Made by a program: the position numbers and the translations under genes
Shown here: positions 19,993 to 29,449 of the stretch, piece by piece
How the letters are laid out: every line of letters starts with the position of its first letter
Numbering within the stretch: the stretch's first letter is position 1
Notes under the pieces: generated by a model
Databases searched by the model: none
What the model saw: only the letters and a program-made list of their open reading frames with translations
Told to the model about the DNA's origin: nothing
Assembly: GCA_965659005.1 (NCBI GenBank)
Contig: CBFHVG010000052.1
Span: forward strand, 33,423-97,422
Direction: 5' to 3'
DNA from: an uncultured Balneolaceae bacterium
Lineage (GTDB): Bacteria; Bacteroidota; Rhodothermia; Balneolales; Balneolaceae
Length of the DNA: 64,000 nt

Positions 19993-20433
19993 ATGCCATC
20001 CACTAAAATTTCACTGAAGCTACTATTCGACTTTGGATTAGTTGTCCTAATCTGGATGACACAGCTTATAGTTTACCCATCTTTTGTGGAGTTTAGTGAG
20101 TCAGAATTGTTGAGCTGGCACCCTCAGTATACACTGCGTATTACAATCATTGTGTTACCACTAATGTTTGGGCAGGTTCTTTTTCATCTAATAGATTTAT
20201 CAAAAGAGGCAACTAAAGAGAGAATACTTTCTTTTATTTTCATCATTCTTGCCTGGTTGAACACTTTTCTATTTGCAGTTCCACTCCATAATCAGATCAG
20301 TCTGGGAGTTGAAGTTTTAGAAGCTGCAAAACAACTAGTTTATACAAACGCATATCGAACGGCATTTTGGTCCATTGTTTTTGGTATAGATGTTTATCTC
20401 ATTTTCAAAAAGCCGATTAAGAAGCAGGGATAA
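19993..20433 (+). CDS. hypothetical 4-TM membrane protein
   Basis: ATG at 19993, in frame with the ORF-track TTG at 19975. Hydrophobic helices; no family recognised. Confidence 0.5.
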   Translation: MPSTKISLKLLFDFGLVVLIWMTQLIVYPSFVEFSESELLSWHPQYTLRITIIVLPLMFGQVLFHLIDLSKEATKERILSFIFIILAWLNTFLFAVPLHNQISLGVEVLEAAKQLVYTNAYRTAFWSIVFGIDVYLIFKKPIKKQG

Positions 20434-20434
20434 A

Positions 20435-20830
20435 ATGGATTTAAAAAAAATAAATGTCTACGCATTAGGTGCTTTCTACATCTTTGCAGGTACAAATCAC
20501 TTTATTAGTCCAGAATTTTATTATGGTTTAATTCCGGATTACCTGCCATTTCATGAGGCTATCAACATCATTAGTGGCCTCGCTGAGATCGTTTTGGGCC
20601 TTTGTGTTTTGCTCGATACTAGCAGAAAATGGTCGTCATATTTAATAGTGTTTATGCTAATAGCTTTCATCCCTGCTCATATTTACTTCATTCAAGTTGG
20701 TAGCTGTCTTGACGATAGTTTATGCGTTCCAGAATGGATTGGATGGGTTAGACTAATTTTGATACATCCCATTCTAATAGTCTGGGCTTTGTCGGTTCGA
20801 AATATAAAGCTGAAGGCGGCTATTAATTAA
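20435..20830 (+). CDS. DoxX-like membrane protein
   Basis: MDLKKINVYALGAFYIFAGTNHFISPEFY...IPAHIY, four TMs. ATG at 20435 follows the upstream stop directly. Confidence 0.6.
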   Translation: MDLKKINVYALGAFYIFAGTNHFISPEFYYGLIPDYLPFHEAINIISGLAEIVLGLCVLLDTSRKWSSYLIVFMLIAFIPAHIYFIQVGSCLDDSLCVPEWIGWVRLILIHPILIVWALSVRNIKLKAAIN

Positions 20831-21951
20831 AATGGCATCATAAAATAAACAGCCGGAATCGCGAGTAGCCTGATAGCTTCCAGAGCATATATTATTTTAT
20901 TTTTCGACTCGAATAATGTACCAAACATATAAGTTGAAAGGATGATCCAGGCCACGAATATTATTTTTAAAGAGAGCTCCAGGTCACTCAAATTAAAAAG
21001 AAAATAAGCTGTTATACCTGTTGCAATCAGGAATTGCAGGAACAGATATAATTTAGCCCAGAGGTAGGATAGATCGGCGTTATACTTTTCGAATTCTTCA
21101 CTCACTTCAACCGGTTGCTGAACACCTCCTAAGTAATCAGGTAACCATCCAGGATGCTCAAATAGCATATGTTTGGTATCACTCCAGCTTTTAGATTGCT
21201 TTACATATTTGAAAAGATCGATATAGTGGGCGAAGTTCACGTAGACTGGATTCCAGCTATTTATGGGTTTAGTTATTCCATAAGTAGGTGTTTCTTCCTC
21301 TTCGGTGAATGTTCCAAATATTCGATCCCATATGATAAATACACCTGCGTAATTTTTATCAATATACTTTGGATCTCTTCCATGATGTACTCTGTGATGT
21401 GAGGGTGTATTCATTATGGATTCAAACCAGCCTAATTTCCCTATGTGTTCAGTGTGAATCCAGAATTGATAGAGTAGATTAAAGCCCCCAATCATCACGA
21501 ATTGAATTGGATCAAAACCCATTAAAGCCAGTGGGAGATAAAAGGGTGTACTCCATATGAAAGCTGTTGATGACTGCCTCAGAGCAACCGATAAGTTAAA
21601 ATCTTCAGACTGATGGTGAACTACATGCCCACCCCAGAATAGAGAAATCTCATGAGCCATTCGGTGAGACCAATAAAAGCATAAGTCGTAAAGAACGAAT
21701 AGAACAATGAAGCTGATCCAGTTCGATGGAATCAGAACGAAAGCGAAATGCTCATATATGAAAGTGTAAACACCAACAGTAATAATTTTATTAAAGATGT
21801 TAGTAATTTGATTTAACACACCCAGGTTGATGTTTGTAATAGCATCATTTAACCGATAGGTTCTTTTTTTGGTAATGAACTCATAAATAAGTTCAATACT
21901 CATCAAACCAAAGAATACCGGAATAGCAATTATGACTGGATTAAGATCCAA
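20827..21951 (-). CDS. fatty acid hydroxylase / sterol desaturase superfamily membrane protein (alkylglycerol-monooxygenase-like)
   Basis: 374 aa. Histidine boxes HRMAHE, HVVHHQSEDFNLSVALRQ, HHRVHH, plus a C-terminal multi-TM extension. Confidence 0.75.
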   Translation of the reverse strand: MDLNPVIIAIPVFFGLMSIELIYEFITKKRTYRLNDAITNINLGVLNQITNIFNKIITVGVYTFIYEHFAFVLIPSNWISFIVLFVLYDLCFYWSHRMAHEISLFWGGHVVHHQSEDFNLSVALRQSSTAFIWSTPFYLPLALMGFDPIQFVMIGGFNLLYQFWIHTEHIGKLGWFESIMNTPSHHRVHHGRDPKYIDKNYAGVFIIWDRIFGTFTEEEETPTYGITKPINSWNPVYVNFAHYIDLFKYVKQSKSWSDTKHMLFEHPGWLPDYLGGVQQPVEVSEEFEKYNADLSYLWAKLYLFLQFLIATGITAYFLFNLSDLELSLKIIFVAWIILSTYMFGTLFESKNKIIYALEAIRLLAIPAVYFMMPF

Positions 21952-22002
21952 ATTGTGTTGATTAGTTCTTGAATTACAGAATATAAAAAAGGAGAGGGAA
22001 TC

Positions 22003-23481
22003 TTAGCTAGCCTGTAGCTGCCATTTTTTCACTTTACCGGTTGAGGTCTTTGGTAGTGAGTCAACTATATGAACTTCCTTGGGGAGTTTGAAATCTGAAA
22101 GTCTATAACTTAAGTGTTCTTTTAATTCGTTGAGTTTAGGCTCAGCATCATCAAGGGGAACAACATAAGCTACAACCCTTTGACCCCACTCATCGTCCTG
22201 AACACCAACAACAGCAGCTTCTTGAATATAATTTAGTCTCTCCAGAGCCTGTTCAACTTCGATTGGATTCACATTTTCTCCACCAGTCACGATTAAATCA
22301 GTTCTTCTCGATTCAATGAATAACTGTTTTCTCATGTTTAAGTGGCCATAATCACCAGTATTAAACCATCTTTCTCTATCGAAACGTCCATTATTCTGCT
22401 CTTTGTCAAAGTATCCATCAAATACCTGCGGCCCTTTAACCCAAATTAAACCTGACTGATTATTCCCAAGCTTTTTACCGTTTTCATCTCTTATTTGAAC
22501 ATGATTAGGTTTAAAAGGTTTCCCGACACTAGTCATGGGTGTATAGGTACCACTAGGCTGATGAAACATATTTGCTGAATACTGAGCACAGGTTTCTGTC
22601 ATCCCATAACTTGATACAATTGGAATTCCTCTCTCATTGGCTTTTTTAATCAAGTCCTGAGTAATAGGACCTCCTCCTAGTAACAAAGCTTTGAAATCTC
22701 TGTGAGTTCTGAATAGGGGATCTTCAAGCAGTCGCTTTAACATTGTAGGGACTAATGAAGCGGCATGGAAGCGGTCATTTGCCATAAGGAACTCACGTAT
22801 CATTTCCTCATGGAATTCATTCATTCTGTAGATCGCAGTATTGTAAATAAGTGATCGTAGAATTATAGCTACACCACCAATATGATTTAACGGAAGACAA
22901 AGTAACCAATAATGGTTTGGATCAGGTTTGAAGTTCTTTGCTGATGATTCTGCTGCACTTAGAATTTGTCTTCTCTTAAGAGGTACAATTTTGGGTTTAT
23001 CAGATGTGCCCGAAGTAAAGAAGTAACCAAAAATCTTATTGTCTTTGATCGACTTTGGGGTTGGCATTTCAAAATCACGTGCATCATAATTAAATGCAGT
23101 AAGGAATAAATTATCATCGAGTAACATAACCTCTTCCATATCAATGCGATTGATATTTGCAGAATCACAAAATACCATTGATGGATTTAGAGCCATTAAA
23201 TGACTTTCGAGTTCTTCCTGAGTCAATTTTGGGGAAAGTGGTATAAAGGGTATACCCAGTTTCCAGCAAGCAGCCATGCAAAATACCAGCATGTCATTCG
23301 ATTCAGACATGAAAGCGACGGGCCATTCTAGTGAATCAGAATACTTAAGAACAATGTCATGGAAGTAGGCAGTAAATCTGTCCAGATCTCTATAGGTATA
23401 CATTCCATATTGAGAGGTCAGGAAGACCTCCTGTGGAGTACTTTTCTTGAACTCAAAAATATGGAGTCTCGATTTGAACAC
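22003..23481 (-). CDS. menE: o-succinylbenzoate--CoA ligase
   Basis: 492 aa. AMP-binding enzyme (YFFTSGTSDKPK, SYGMTE, TGDYG). Sits directly downstream of menC. Confidence 0.8.
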   Translation of the reverse strand: MFKSRLHIFEFKKSTPQEVFLTSQYGMYTYRDLDRFTAYFHDIVLKYSDSLEWPVAFMSESNDMLVFCMAACWKLGIPFIPLSPKLTQEELESHLMALNPSMVFCDSANINRIDMEEVMLLDDNLFLTAFNYDARDFEMPTPKSIKDNKIFGYFFTSGTSDKPKIVPLKRRQILSAAESSAKNFKPDPNHYWLLCLPLNHIGGVAIILRSLIYNTAIYRMNEFHEEMIREFLMANDRFHAASLVPTMLKRLLEDPLFRTHRDFKALLLGGGPITQDLIKKANERGIPIVSSYGMTETCAQYSANMFHQPSGTYTPMTSVGKPFKPNHVQIRDENGKKLGNNQSGLIWVKGPQVFDGYFDKEQNNGRFDRERWFNTGDYGHLNMRKQLFIESRRTDLIVTGGENVNPIEVEQALERLNYIQEAAVVGVQDDEWGQRVVAYVVPLDDAEPKLNELKEHLSYRLSDFKLPKEVHIVDSLPKTSTGKVKKWQLQAS

Positions 23482-24561
23482 TTATGTACTTAGTTCTACC
23501 ATTAAGTTTCTGTTAACCTGATTAAGATCAATACTCAGACCTATATGGTCTGAAAATGTAAATTTATGATGATGAACTGTTGACTCTCGAAGAAGACTTT
23601 TGCTGAATAAACTATCAGTTGAAAACCCGTGCGCCATAAAATTAGTGCCATAAAAACAGGCCAAAATTGAACACATTTTTATTCCAATACTGCTTTCAAG
23701 GGCACTTGTAAGAACCAGTCCAATTCCATGAGTATCTGCGAGCTCTTTTGTTACTGATAAGCGGTTGAAATGCCCGAAAAGCATAGGTTTGATTGTAAGA
23801 ATGTGTGCTGCTTGTTCTTCAATGATTTGCCTAGCTTCATCATAAGTTCGAACAGATTCATCGGCAGCGATTTTTATCTTGGAATGCTTCACAACCTCTT
23901 TCATTTCTCTTATGGAAGCGACCGGCTGCTCTATGTATTCAATGTCATATTCAGCAAATGACTCAGACCATTGAATTGCCTTATCAACTGACCATGAGGC
24001 ATTCGCATCCAATCTGATTTTGATGTCTTTTCTTTCCAGCCGTATCAAGCTTAGTAACTCCAGTTCACGTTGTTCATCAATCCCTACCTTAATTTTAAAA
24101 GTAGTGTAGCCAGCATCGAGCAACTTATGAAACAGATTAAGAGCGTCGTTGTTTTGGCTTGAACCTATAACTGCATTGATTTCAATTTGTTCCTGAAAAG
24201 GAGTGTTAAATAACTGAAACCAGCTCTGCCTTTCTTTTTGTGCTAAATAATCATGACGAAGCATATCCATTCCAAATTCAACGGATGCACATAAATTCAA
24301 AGAGTTAAGAAGTCCATATGCTGTTTCAGCATCCCCTATCGTTACAAATGAGAGAAGATCATCTTTATGCAGAACGATTTCGCTAAGGGCTTCACTTAAT
24401 GTCTCTTTCGAAAATGATGGTAGGGGAGATATTTCACCAAAAGCACACACATCTTTTTCTTGAATACTCAGGATTAAACCCTCTCTATCTGTAACTATGT
24501 CCTTAGCAGACTGGAAAGGTTTATTGAAAGGAAGACTGTATTTGAAAATCTTCAAATTCAT
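23482..24561 (-). CDS. menC: o-succinylbenzoate synthase (enolase superfamily)
   Basis: 359 aa. KIKVG, RLDANASW, IEYIEQP, ADES metal and acid/base positions; men-cluster context. Confidence 0.8.
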   Translation of the reverse strand: MNLKIFKYSLPFNKPFQSAKDIVTDREGLILSIQEKDVCAFGEISPLPSFSKETLSEALSEIVLHKDDLLSFVTIGDAETAYGLLNSLNLCASVEFGMDMLRHDYLAQKERQSWFQLFNTPFQEQIEINAVIGSSQNNDALNLFHKLLDAGYTTFKIKVGIDEQRELELLSLIRLERKDIKIRLDANASWSVDKAIQWSESFAEYDIEYIEQPVASIREMKEVVKHSKIKIAADESVRTYDEARQIIEEQAAHILTIKPMLFGHFNRLSVTKELADTHGIGLVLTSALESSIGIKMCSILACFYGTNFMAHGFSTDSLFSKSLLRESTVHHHKFTFSDHIGLSIDLNQVNRNLMVELST

Positions 24562-25442
24562 AAGAGGATACCAATGCCAAATAGAAGGCCAAAAATAGCC
24601 ATGTATTGTGCAGTTTTTTCAAGAACAGAATTAAGTTTTTTTTTATCCTCTTCAAACCACACTTTTTTGGCTAAGATGATAGCTAAAGGTGCAGAAATGA
24701 ATGGAAGAAAGATGAAATATGAATAGTCCAGTTTGAAATAGAAGTGAGGAGGGATGGCAAAAGCCAGTAATAACATAACGGTGTATTCAATTTTTAGCGC
24801 TTTTTCTCCGATCAATACTCCAAGAGTTCTCTTACCAGCAATTTTATCCTGTTCAACATCTCTAAGGTTATTGATAACAAGGATATTTGTGCAAAGAGCT
24901 CCAATAGCCAATGATGCCCAAAATGAATCAATAAGCCACTCAAGTGCATTAACATAGTAGGTTGCCATTACAGCTACTATTCCAAAGAAGATAAAAACAA
25001 ACACATCACCGAGACCATTATAACCAAGTGGATATGGCCCGCCGGTATAAAGTATCCCAAAGAGTATGGAGAGTAAACCGATTACTAAAACGATATATCC
25101 TCCAATCCATACTAAATACAATCCGGCAAAAAATGCTATGAGCATAGTGATGATAGTAGCTCTTAACATAGCTTCCGGACTTACTAAACCAGATGCAGTG
25201 GCACGGGTGAAACCGATCCGGTCTTCAGTATCTGCACCTTTCTTAAAATCATAGTAATCGTTAGCGAAATTTGTACCGATTTGAATCATGAATGCACAAA
25301 ATAAGGCAACTATAGTTGCTGGCCAGAATATGGTTGCATACTTAAGTGCAAGTGCAGCTCCGATGAAAACAGGAGTAAATGCTGCGGCTAAAGTTTTTGG
25401 TCGGCTTGCATCAACCCAGATGCGCAGTTTACTGCTTGACAA
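24558..25442 (-). CDS. menA: 1,4-dihydroxy-2-naphthoate polyprenyltransferase
   Basis: 294 aa. UbiA family with NDYYDFKKGAD and NNLRDVEQD motifs. Confidence 0.9.
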   Translation of the reverse strand: MSSSKLRIWVDASRPKTLAAAFTPVFIGAALALKYATIFWPATIVALFCAFMIQIGTNFANDYYDFKKGADTEDRIGFTRATASGLVSPEAMLRATIITMLIAFFAGLYLVWIGGYIVLVIGLLSILFGILYTGGPYPLGYNGLGDVFVFIFFGIVAVMATYYVNALEWLIDSFWASLAIGALCTNILVINNLRDVEQDKIAGKRTLGVLIGEKALKIEYTVMLLLAFAIPPHFYFKLDYSYFIFLPFISAPLAIILAKKVWFEEDKKKLNSVLEKTAQYMAIFGLLFGIGILL

Positions 25443-25529
25443 GGTGTCTTTATTTAAAATTTAGAGTGTGGATAAGTCCGTTAATAAAGATAATGATTTA
25501 TGAGATGGCTAAAAAAATGAAGCTTATGC

Positions 25530-25577
25530 ATGGCATTAAAGAAAATATTTATTCAGGAAGCGCTTTTTTAATGCCAT
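25530..25577. promoter_or_regulatory. perfect 11-bp inverted repeat in the menA / glnA(III) divergent intergenic region
   Basis: ATGGCATTAAA-(26 nt)-TTTAATGCCAT, read directly. Confidence 0.4.
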
Positions 25578-25726
25578 TACTTAAATAAATTAAAATTTTA
25601 ATATAAAACCCTAAGAAAAGTTAATTGTTGAAAAGTAAATGATTAAAATTTTTGTGCAAAAAAGAGAAGTCTTTATCTTTTCTGAGTTCATTCTGACACC
25701 AACCAATTCAAAATTTTATCAATTAA

Positions 25727-27901
25727 ATGTCAAAAGTAACACAACGATACGATACCCTGGCTGCAGCAAGAAATTGGATGCCAACACCTAATGGATCAAT
25801 TGAAACCGATATTGCAAAAATATTCGGTGACAACACGCTAACTTTGGACAAGCTAAAGGAAAGACTGCCAAAATCTGCATGGAAAAGTCTTCGCAAAACT
25901 ATGGATGAGGGAGAGCAGCTTAATGAAGAAGTAGCTGATGCAGTTGCAATTGCAATGAAAGACTGGGCAACTGAAAAAGGCGCATCTCATTTTACTCACT
26001 GGTTTCAGCCACTTACAGGTCTAACAGCTGAGAAACATGATTCCTTTATCACTCCCAATCAGGGCGGTGGAGTTTTTTCAGAGTTCTCCGGTAAAGACCT
26101 TATTCAAGGGGAACCTGATGCATCAAGTTTTCCAAGTGGAGGTTTGAGAGCAACTTTCGAAGCACGTGGATATACGGCCTGGGATCCTACTTCACCAGCA
26201 TTTATTGTTGAAAATAAGAATGGAACATACTTATGTATTCCAACGGCTTTCGCTTCATGGACAGGCGAGGCTTTGGATCATAAAACACCACTTTTAAGAT
26301 CAGTTGAAGCTCTGGATAAGTCAGCAAAAGCTTCTCTGGAATTATTCGGTGTTGAAACAAAGAGAGTAAACTCAACAGTTGGCTGCGAGCAGGAGTATTT
26401 CTTAATTGATCAGGAATTCTTTTATCGCAGACCTGACCTCGTTACAGCAGGCAGAACGCTTGTTGGTGCCAAACCACCAAAGGGTCATGAACTGGATGAT
26501 CACTACTTTGGATCAATTCCTGATAGAGTTCTTTCATACATGATGGAAGCAGAAATGGAGTTGTATAAACTCGGTATTCCAGTAAAAACACGTCATAATG
26601 AGGTTGCACCAAGTCAATATGAGATTGCACCTATTTTTGAGGTATCAAATATTGCTGCTGATCATCAGCAAATGATGATGATGATTCTTCAGCGTGTTGC
26701 AAAAAAGTATGGTTTCGAATGTCTGCTGCATGAAAAACCATTTGATGGAGTGAACGGTTCTGGTAAGCATATGAACTGGTCAATGGCAACTGCTGAAGGA
26801 ATGAACCTGCTTGAGCCGGGCGACACCCCTCATAACAACATGTTGTTCATGTTCTATTGTACTGCAGTACTAAAAGCAGTGTATAAGCATCAGGATTTAC
26901 TTAGAATATCTATTGCTCACGCCGGTAATGATCACCGTCTAGGGGCAAATGAAGCACCACCAGCAATCATATCGGCTTATATTGGTGAACAACTTCAGGA
27001 TGTGGTTACTCAGCTTATCGAAGGCAAAGTAACAGGCTCCAAACAAAGTGGTTTAATGGGGCTTGGTACGCCTGTTTTGCCTAACCTACCAAAGCATGCT
27101 GGTGATAGAAACAGAACATCGCCATTCGCTTTTACAGGTAATAAATTTGAGTTCAGAGCATTAGGATCTTCTCAGTCTGTTTCATTTCCAATTGTAGTAT
27201 TGAATACAGCAGTTTCAGAAGCTATCGATGATCTTACAGCTGAGCTTAAAACAGAACTAAAGAAGAGTAAGCTTGAGAAAGCACTTCATAAAGTCTTGAA
27301 AAAGAATCTTAAGGAATGTCAGGATATAATTTTCAATGGAGATGGTTATTCTGACGCCTGGCAGAAAGAAGCTGCAGAACGTGGTTTATTGAATTTAAAA
27401 ACAACCATGGATGCATTGCCTTTACTCACTCAGAAAAAGAATGTTGATCTCTTTAAGAAATACAAAATCTTCAATAAAAGAGAAGTTCATTCTAGGCTTG
27501 AAATCTGGGCAGAACAGTATCTAACAAAAAGAACAATTGAAGTGGATACTGTAGAATCTATTGCTAAAACAATGATCTATCCGGCTGCTGTTAGGTATTT
27601 AAATGAACTTGCTGCTGCTGTTGATCGTGGAAACGTATTAGGTCTGGATGTTTCAGGTTCCAAATCAATGCTTGATAAAGTGAATAGTGGAATAAATAGT
27701 CTTAATGATGCATTGAACCTCCTAGCAGATACACAAGCTAAACTTAAAGCAAAAAATGTTGTTGATCATGCAACCAAGTTTAAGGATGAAATCCTGCCAA
27801 TTGCTGATCAAATTCGTGATGCTGTTGATTTTCTGGAGCGTTACTGTGCAGACGATTACTGGCCATTACCGATTTACCGAGAAATGCTCTTCGTTAAGTA
27901 G
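25727..27901 (+). CDS. glnA: glutamine synthetase type III
   Basis: 724 aa, GSIII length and motifs ([32 protein letters not shown]). Confidence 0.95.
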   Translation: MSKVTQRYDTLAAARNWMPTPNGSIETDIAKIFGDNTLTLDKLKERLPKSAWKSLRKTMDEGEQLNEEVADAVAIAMKDWATEKGASHFTHWFQPLTGLTAEKHDSFITPNQGGGVFSEFSGKDLIQGEPDASSFPSGGLRATFEARGYTAWDPTSPAFIVENKNGTYLCIPTAFASWTGEALDHKTPLLRSVEALDKSAKASLELFGVETKRVNSTVGCEQEYFLIDQEFFYRRPDLVTAGRTLVGAKPPKGHELDDHYFGSIPDRVLSYMMEAEMELYKLGIPVKTRHNEVAPSQYEIAPIFEVSNIAADHQQMMMMILQRVAKKYGFECLLHEKPFDGVNGSGKHMNWSMATAEGMNLLEPGDTPHNNMLFMFYCTAVLKAVYKHQDLLRISIAHAGNDHRLGANEAPPAIISAYIGEQLQDVVTQLIEGKVTGSKQSGLMGLGTPVLPNLPKHAGDRNRTSPFAFTGNKFEFRALGSSQSVSFPIVVLNTAVSEAIDDLTAELKTELKKSKLEKALHKVLKKNLKECQDIIFNGDGYSDAWQKEAAERGLLNLKTTMDALPLLTQKKNVDLFKKYKIFNKREVHSRLEIWAEQYLTKRTIEVDTVESIAKTMIYPAAVRYLNELAAAVDRGNVLGLDVSGSKSMLDKVNSGINSLNDALNLLADTQAKLKAKNVVDHATKFKDEILPIADQIRDAVDFLERYCADDYWPLPIYREMLFVK

Positions 27902-27920
27902 TTAGGCTATTACTACCTTG

Positions 27921-27955
27921 AACCCCGCTTTTTTAGAAGGAGCGGGGTTTTTTTA
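27921..27955 (+). terminator. glnA rho-independent terminator
   Basis: AACCCCGCTtttttagaaggAGCGGGGTT followed by TTTTTT. Confidence 0.85.
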
Positions 27956-28058
27956 TTTCAAATATTGAGGCAATTGGAACCAATTTTATTTTCTAATATG
28001 TTGTTGCCCCGTAAGATGTTGTGACAATTAATATCTCAGAGAAAGAATATCATCTAAT

Positions 28059-28505
28059 ATGAAACAGTTATTCATCCTATTACTGATACTTGGCATAAGT
28101 CATTATTCACTTAAAGCTCAAGAAATTTCTGAAATAGAATCGAAGGAAGTTTCTCCATTTAAACTGGTCATAAAAGGTTTCAAAAAAGCAACTGGTGAGA
28201 TGAGAATTGCCATGTTCGACTCCAAGGAGAAATATACCAAAGATCCGGTGTATGCTGTTGTAATTCCTGTGGAAGCTGATTCTTTGATCTGGAAATTAGA
28301 AGATTTACCTCATGGGGAATACGCAATAGCTGTTTACCATGATAAAAATACTAATGGTAAGTTGGATACAAACTTAATAGGTGTTCCTAAAGAACAATAT
28401 GGCTTCTCTAATAATGCCAGAGGGAAATTCGGACCAGCAAAATGGACTCAGGCAAAATTTCTATTTAAGTCCGAAAGTTCAGCATTCACAATTCTGGTTA
28501 AATAG
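28059..28505 (+). CDS. DUF2141 domain protein (secreted)
   Basis: 148 aa. Signal peptide; MRIAMFDS...YHDKNTNGKLDTNLIGVPKEQYGFSNN, characteristic of DUF2141. Confidence 0.8.
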   Translation: MKQLFILLLILGISHYSLKAQEISEIESKEVSPFKLVIKGFKKATGEMRIAMFDSKEKYTKDPVYAVVIPVEADSLIWKLEDLPHGEYAIAVYHDKNTNGKLDTNLIGVPKEQYGFSNNARGKFGPAKWTQAKFLFKSESSAFTILVK

Positions 28506-28506
28506 T

Positions 28507-28701
28507 CTTGTAACAACAGCTGTATTCGCATTTGCACCACTGGTTGATATGATGACTAACTTTGAATTCCCAGTTACATTTACCTGGTCGACCATATTAT
28601 TTATTCTAATTTTAGGCTTTTTTATAGGAATCATCTTTGGAACCTATCCAGCCTGGAGGGCGTCAAGATTAACGCCCGTTGAGGCCATTAGAACAGAGTA
28701 A
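28507..28701 (+). pseudogene. relic 3' end of an FtsX/MacB-family ABC transporter permease gene
   Basis: The frame translates to ...FPVTFTWSTILFILILGFFIGIIFGTYPAWRASRLTPVEAIRTE*, the last TM plus the (Y)PAxxAxxLxPxEAxRxE tail of FtsX-domain permeases. The upstream ~350 codons are absent, and the frame collides with DUF2141. Confidence 0.7.
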
Positions 28702-28883
28702 CTACTTATTCTTTTTGATGTTGATATTACCATTTGAACCTCAATTTTCATTCTATTCGAATCATTTCCATTACCTATTAAACCTTCCAGAGTTCTTTTA
28801 TTTGCGATTCCGAATTCAGATCTCTGCTATTGAGGTTACACAGGTTAGATGCATCAAATTCTAAAAACGCTACACATCAAACA

Positions 28884-28922
28884 AAAAAAAAGAGCAAGAC
28901 TGTCAGGCCCTGCTCTTTTTGG
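28884..28922 (-). terminator. probable terminator of the Spy/CpxP-like gene
   Basis: Minus strand reads AGAGCAgggcctgacagtctTGCTCT followed by T9. The stem is short. Confidence 0.5.
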
Positions 28923-28946
28923 AATATGTATGTCTCTAGTTCTACG

Positions 28947-29375
28947 CTATCTGTTGCCGCCACCTCTTTTATTTTGGCGTCTTCCATCTCTGGAATTCAT
29001 TCTGCCTTGGCGACGATTAAATATTTTGTCTTTCATTTTAGAATACTTGATGTATTGATCCTTATTGAAGATTTCTTCAAATCTTGCATCCATGTCATTC
29101 ATTGATTTTCCAATCTTTTCAAGATCGGGTCGTCCTTCAGCTTCATCTCTTATGGTTTCTACCTCAGTCATATGAGTCAGAATTGCTTTTTTAGTGGCTT
29201 TCATCTGCTCATCATTTAACTCAAGTGCTACATATAGGCGAGTTGTTACTGCGTCTACACGCTCTTCTTTACTAAGATTTGGTCCTTTTTGACCACGCTG
29301 ACTTCTTTGCTGAGCGTAAGTATTTAAACTGCCCGCGACAAAGATGAATAAAAATAGGGTGATTAACTGTTTCAT
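28947..29375 (-). CDS. secreted helical protein, Spy/CpxP-like, with Arg/Gly-rich tail
   Basis: Starts at Met25 of the ORF (MKQLITLFLFIFVAGSLNTYAQ signal). LELNDEQMKATKK (LTxxQ-like) motif; C-terminal RRQGRMNSRDGRRQNKRGGGNR. Confidence 0.55.
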   Translation of the reverse strand: MKQLITLFLFIFVAGSLNTYAQQRSQRGQKGPNLSKEERVDAVTTRLYVALELNDEQMKATKKAILTHMTEVETIRDEAEGRPDLEKIGKSMNDMDARFEEIFNKDQYIKYSKMKDKIFNRRQGRMNSRDGRRQNKRGGGNR

Positions 29376-29449
29376 ATCTCGTATCGTTGTGTTGTATTGT
29401 ATGGTTACAAATTTAGGCGACATTGATTTAGAAACCTTTCGCAACATTT

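Noticed and set aside
20390-20434. Upstream extension of the DoxX-like ORF
   Set aside because: It overlaps the preceding membrane-protein gene. The ATG at 20435 directly follows that gene's stop and precedes the first TM helix.
25379-25588. 69-aa ORF in the menA/glnA intergenic region (including a possible 27-aa leader peptide MAKKMKLMHGIK...)
   Set aside because: The first half is antisense to menA, and the remainder has no conservation signal I can judge. The inverted repeat it spans is reported instead as a DNA/RNA element.
28381-28506. N-terminal 42 codons of ORF 28381..28701
   Set aside because: This part overlaps the DUF2141 gene in another frame and has no permease similarity. Only the portion after 28506 resembles an FtsX-domain tail, so the ORF as a whole is not a gene.
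28830-29105. Two overlapping plus-strand ORFs (91 and 69 aa)
   Set aside because: Antisense to the signal-peptide-bearing Spy/CpxP-like gene; no features of their own.
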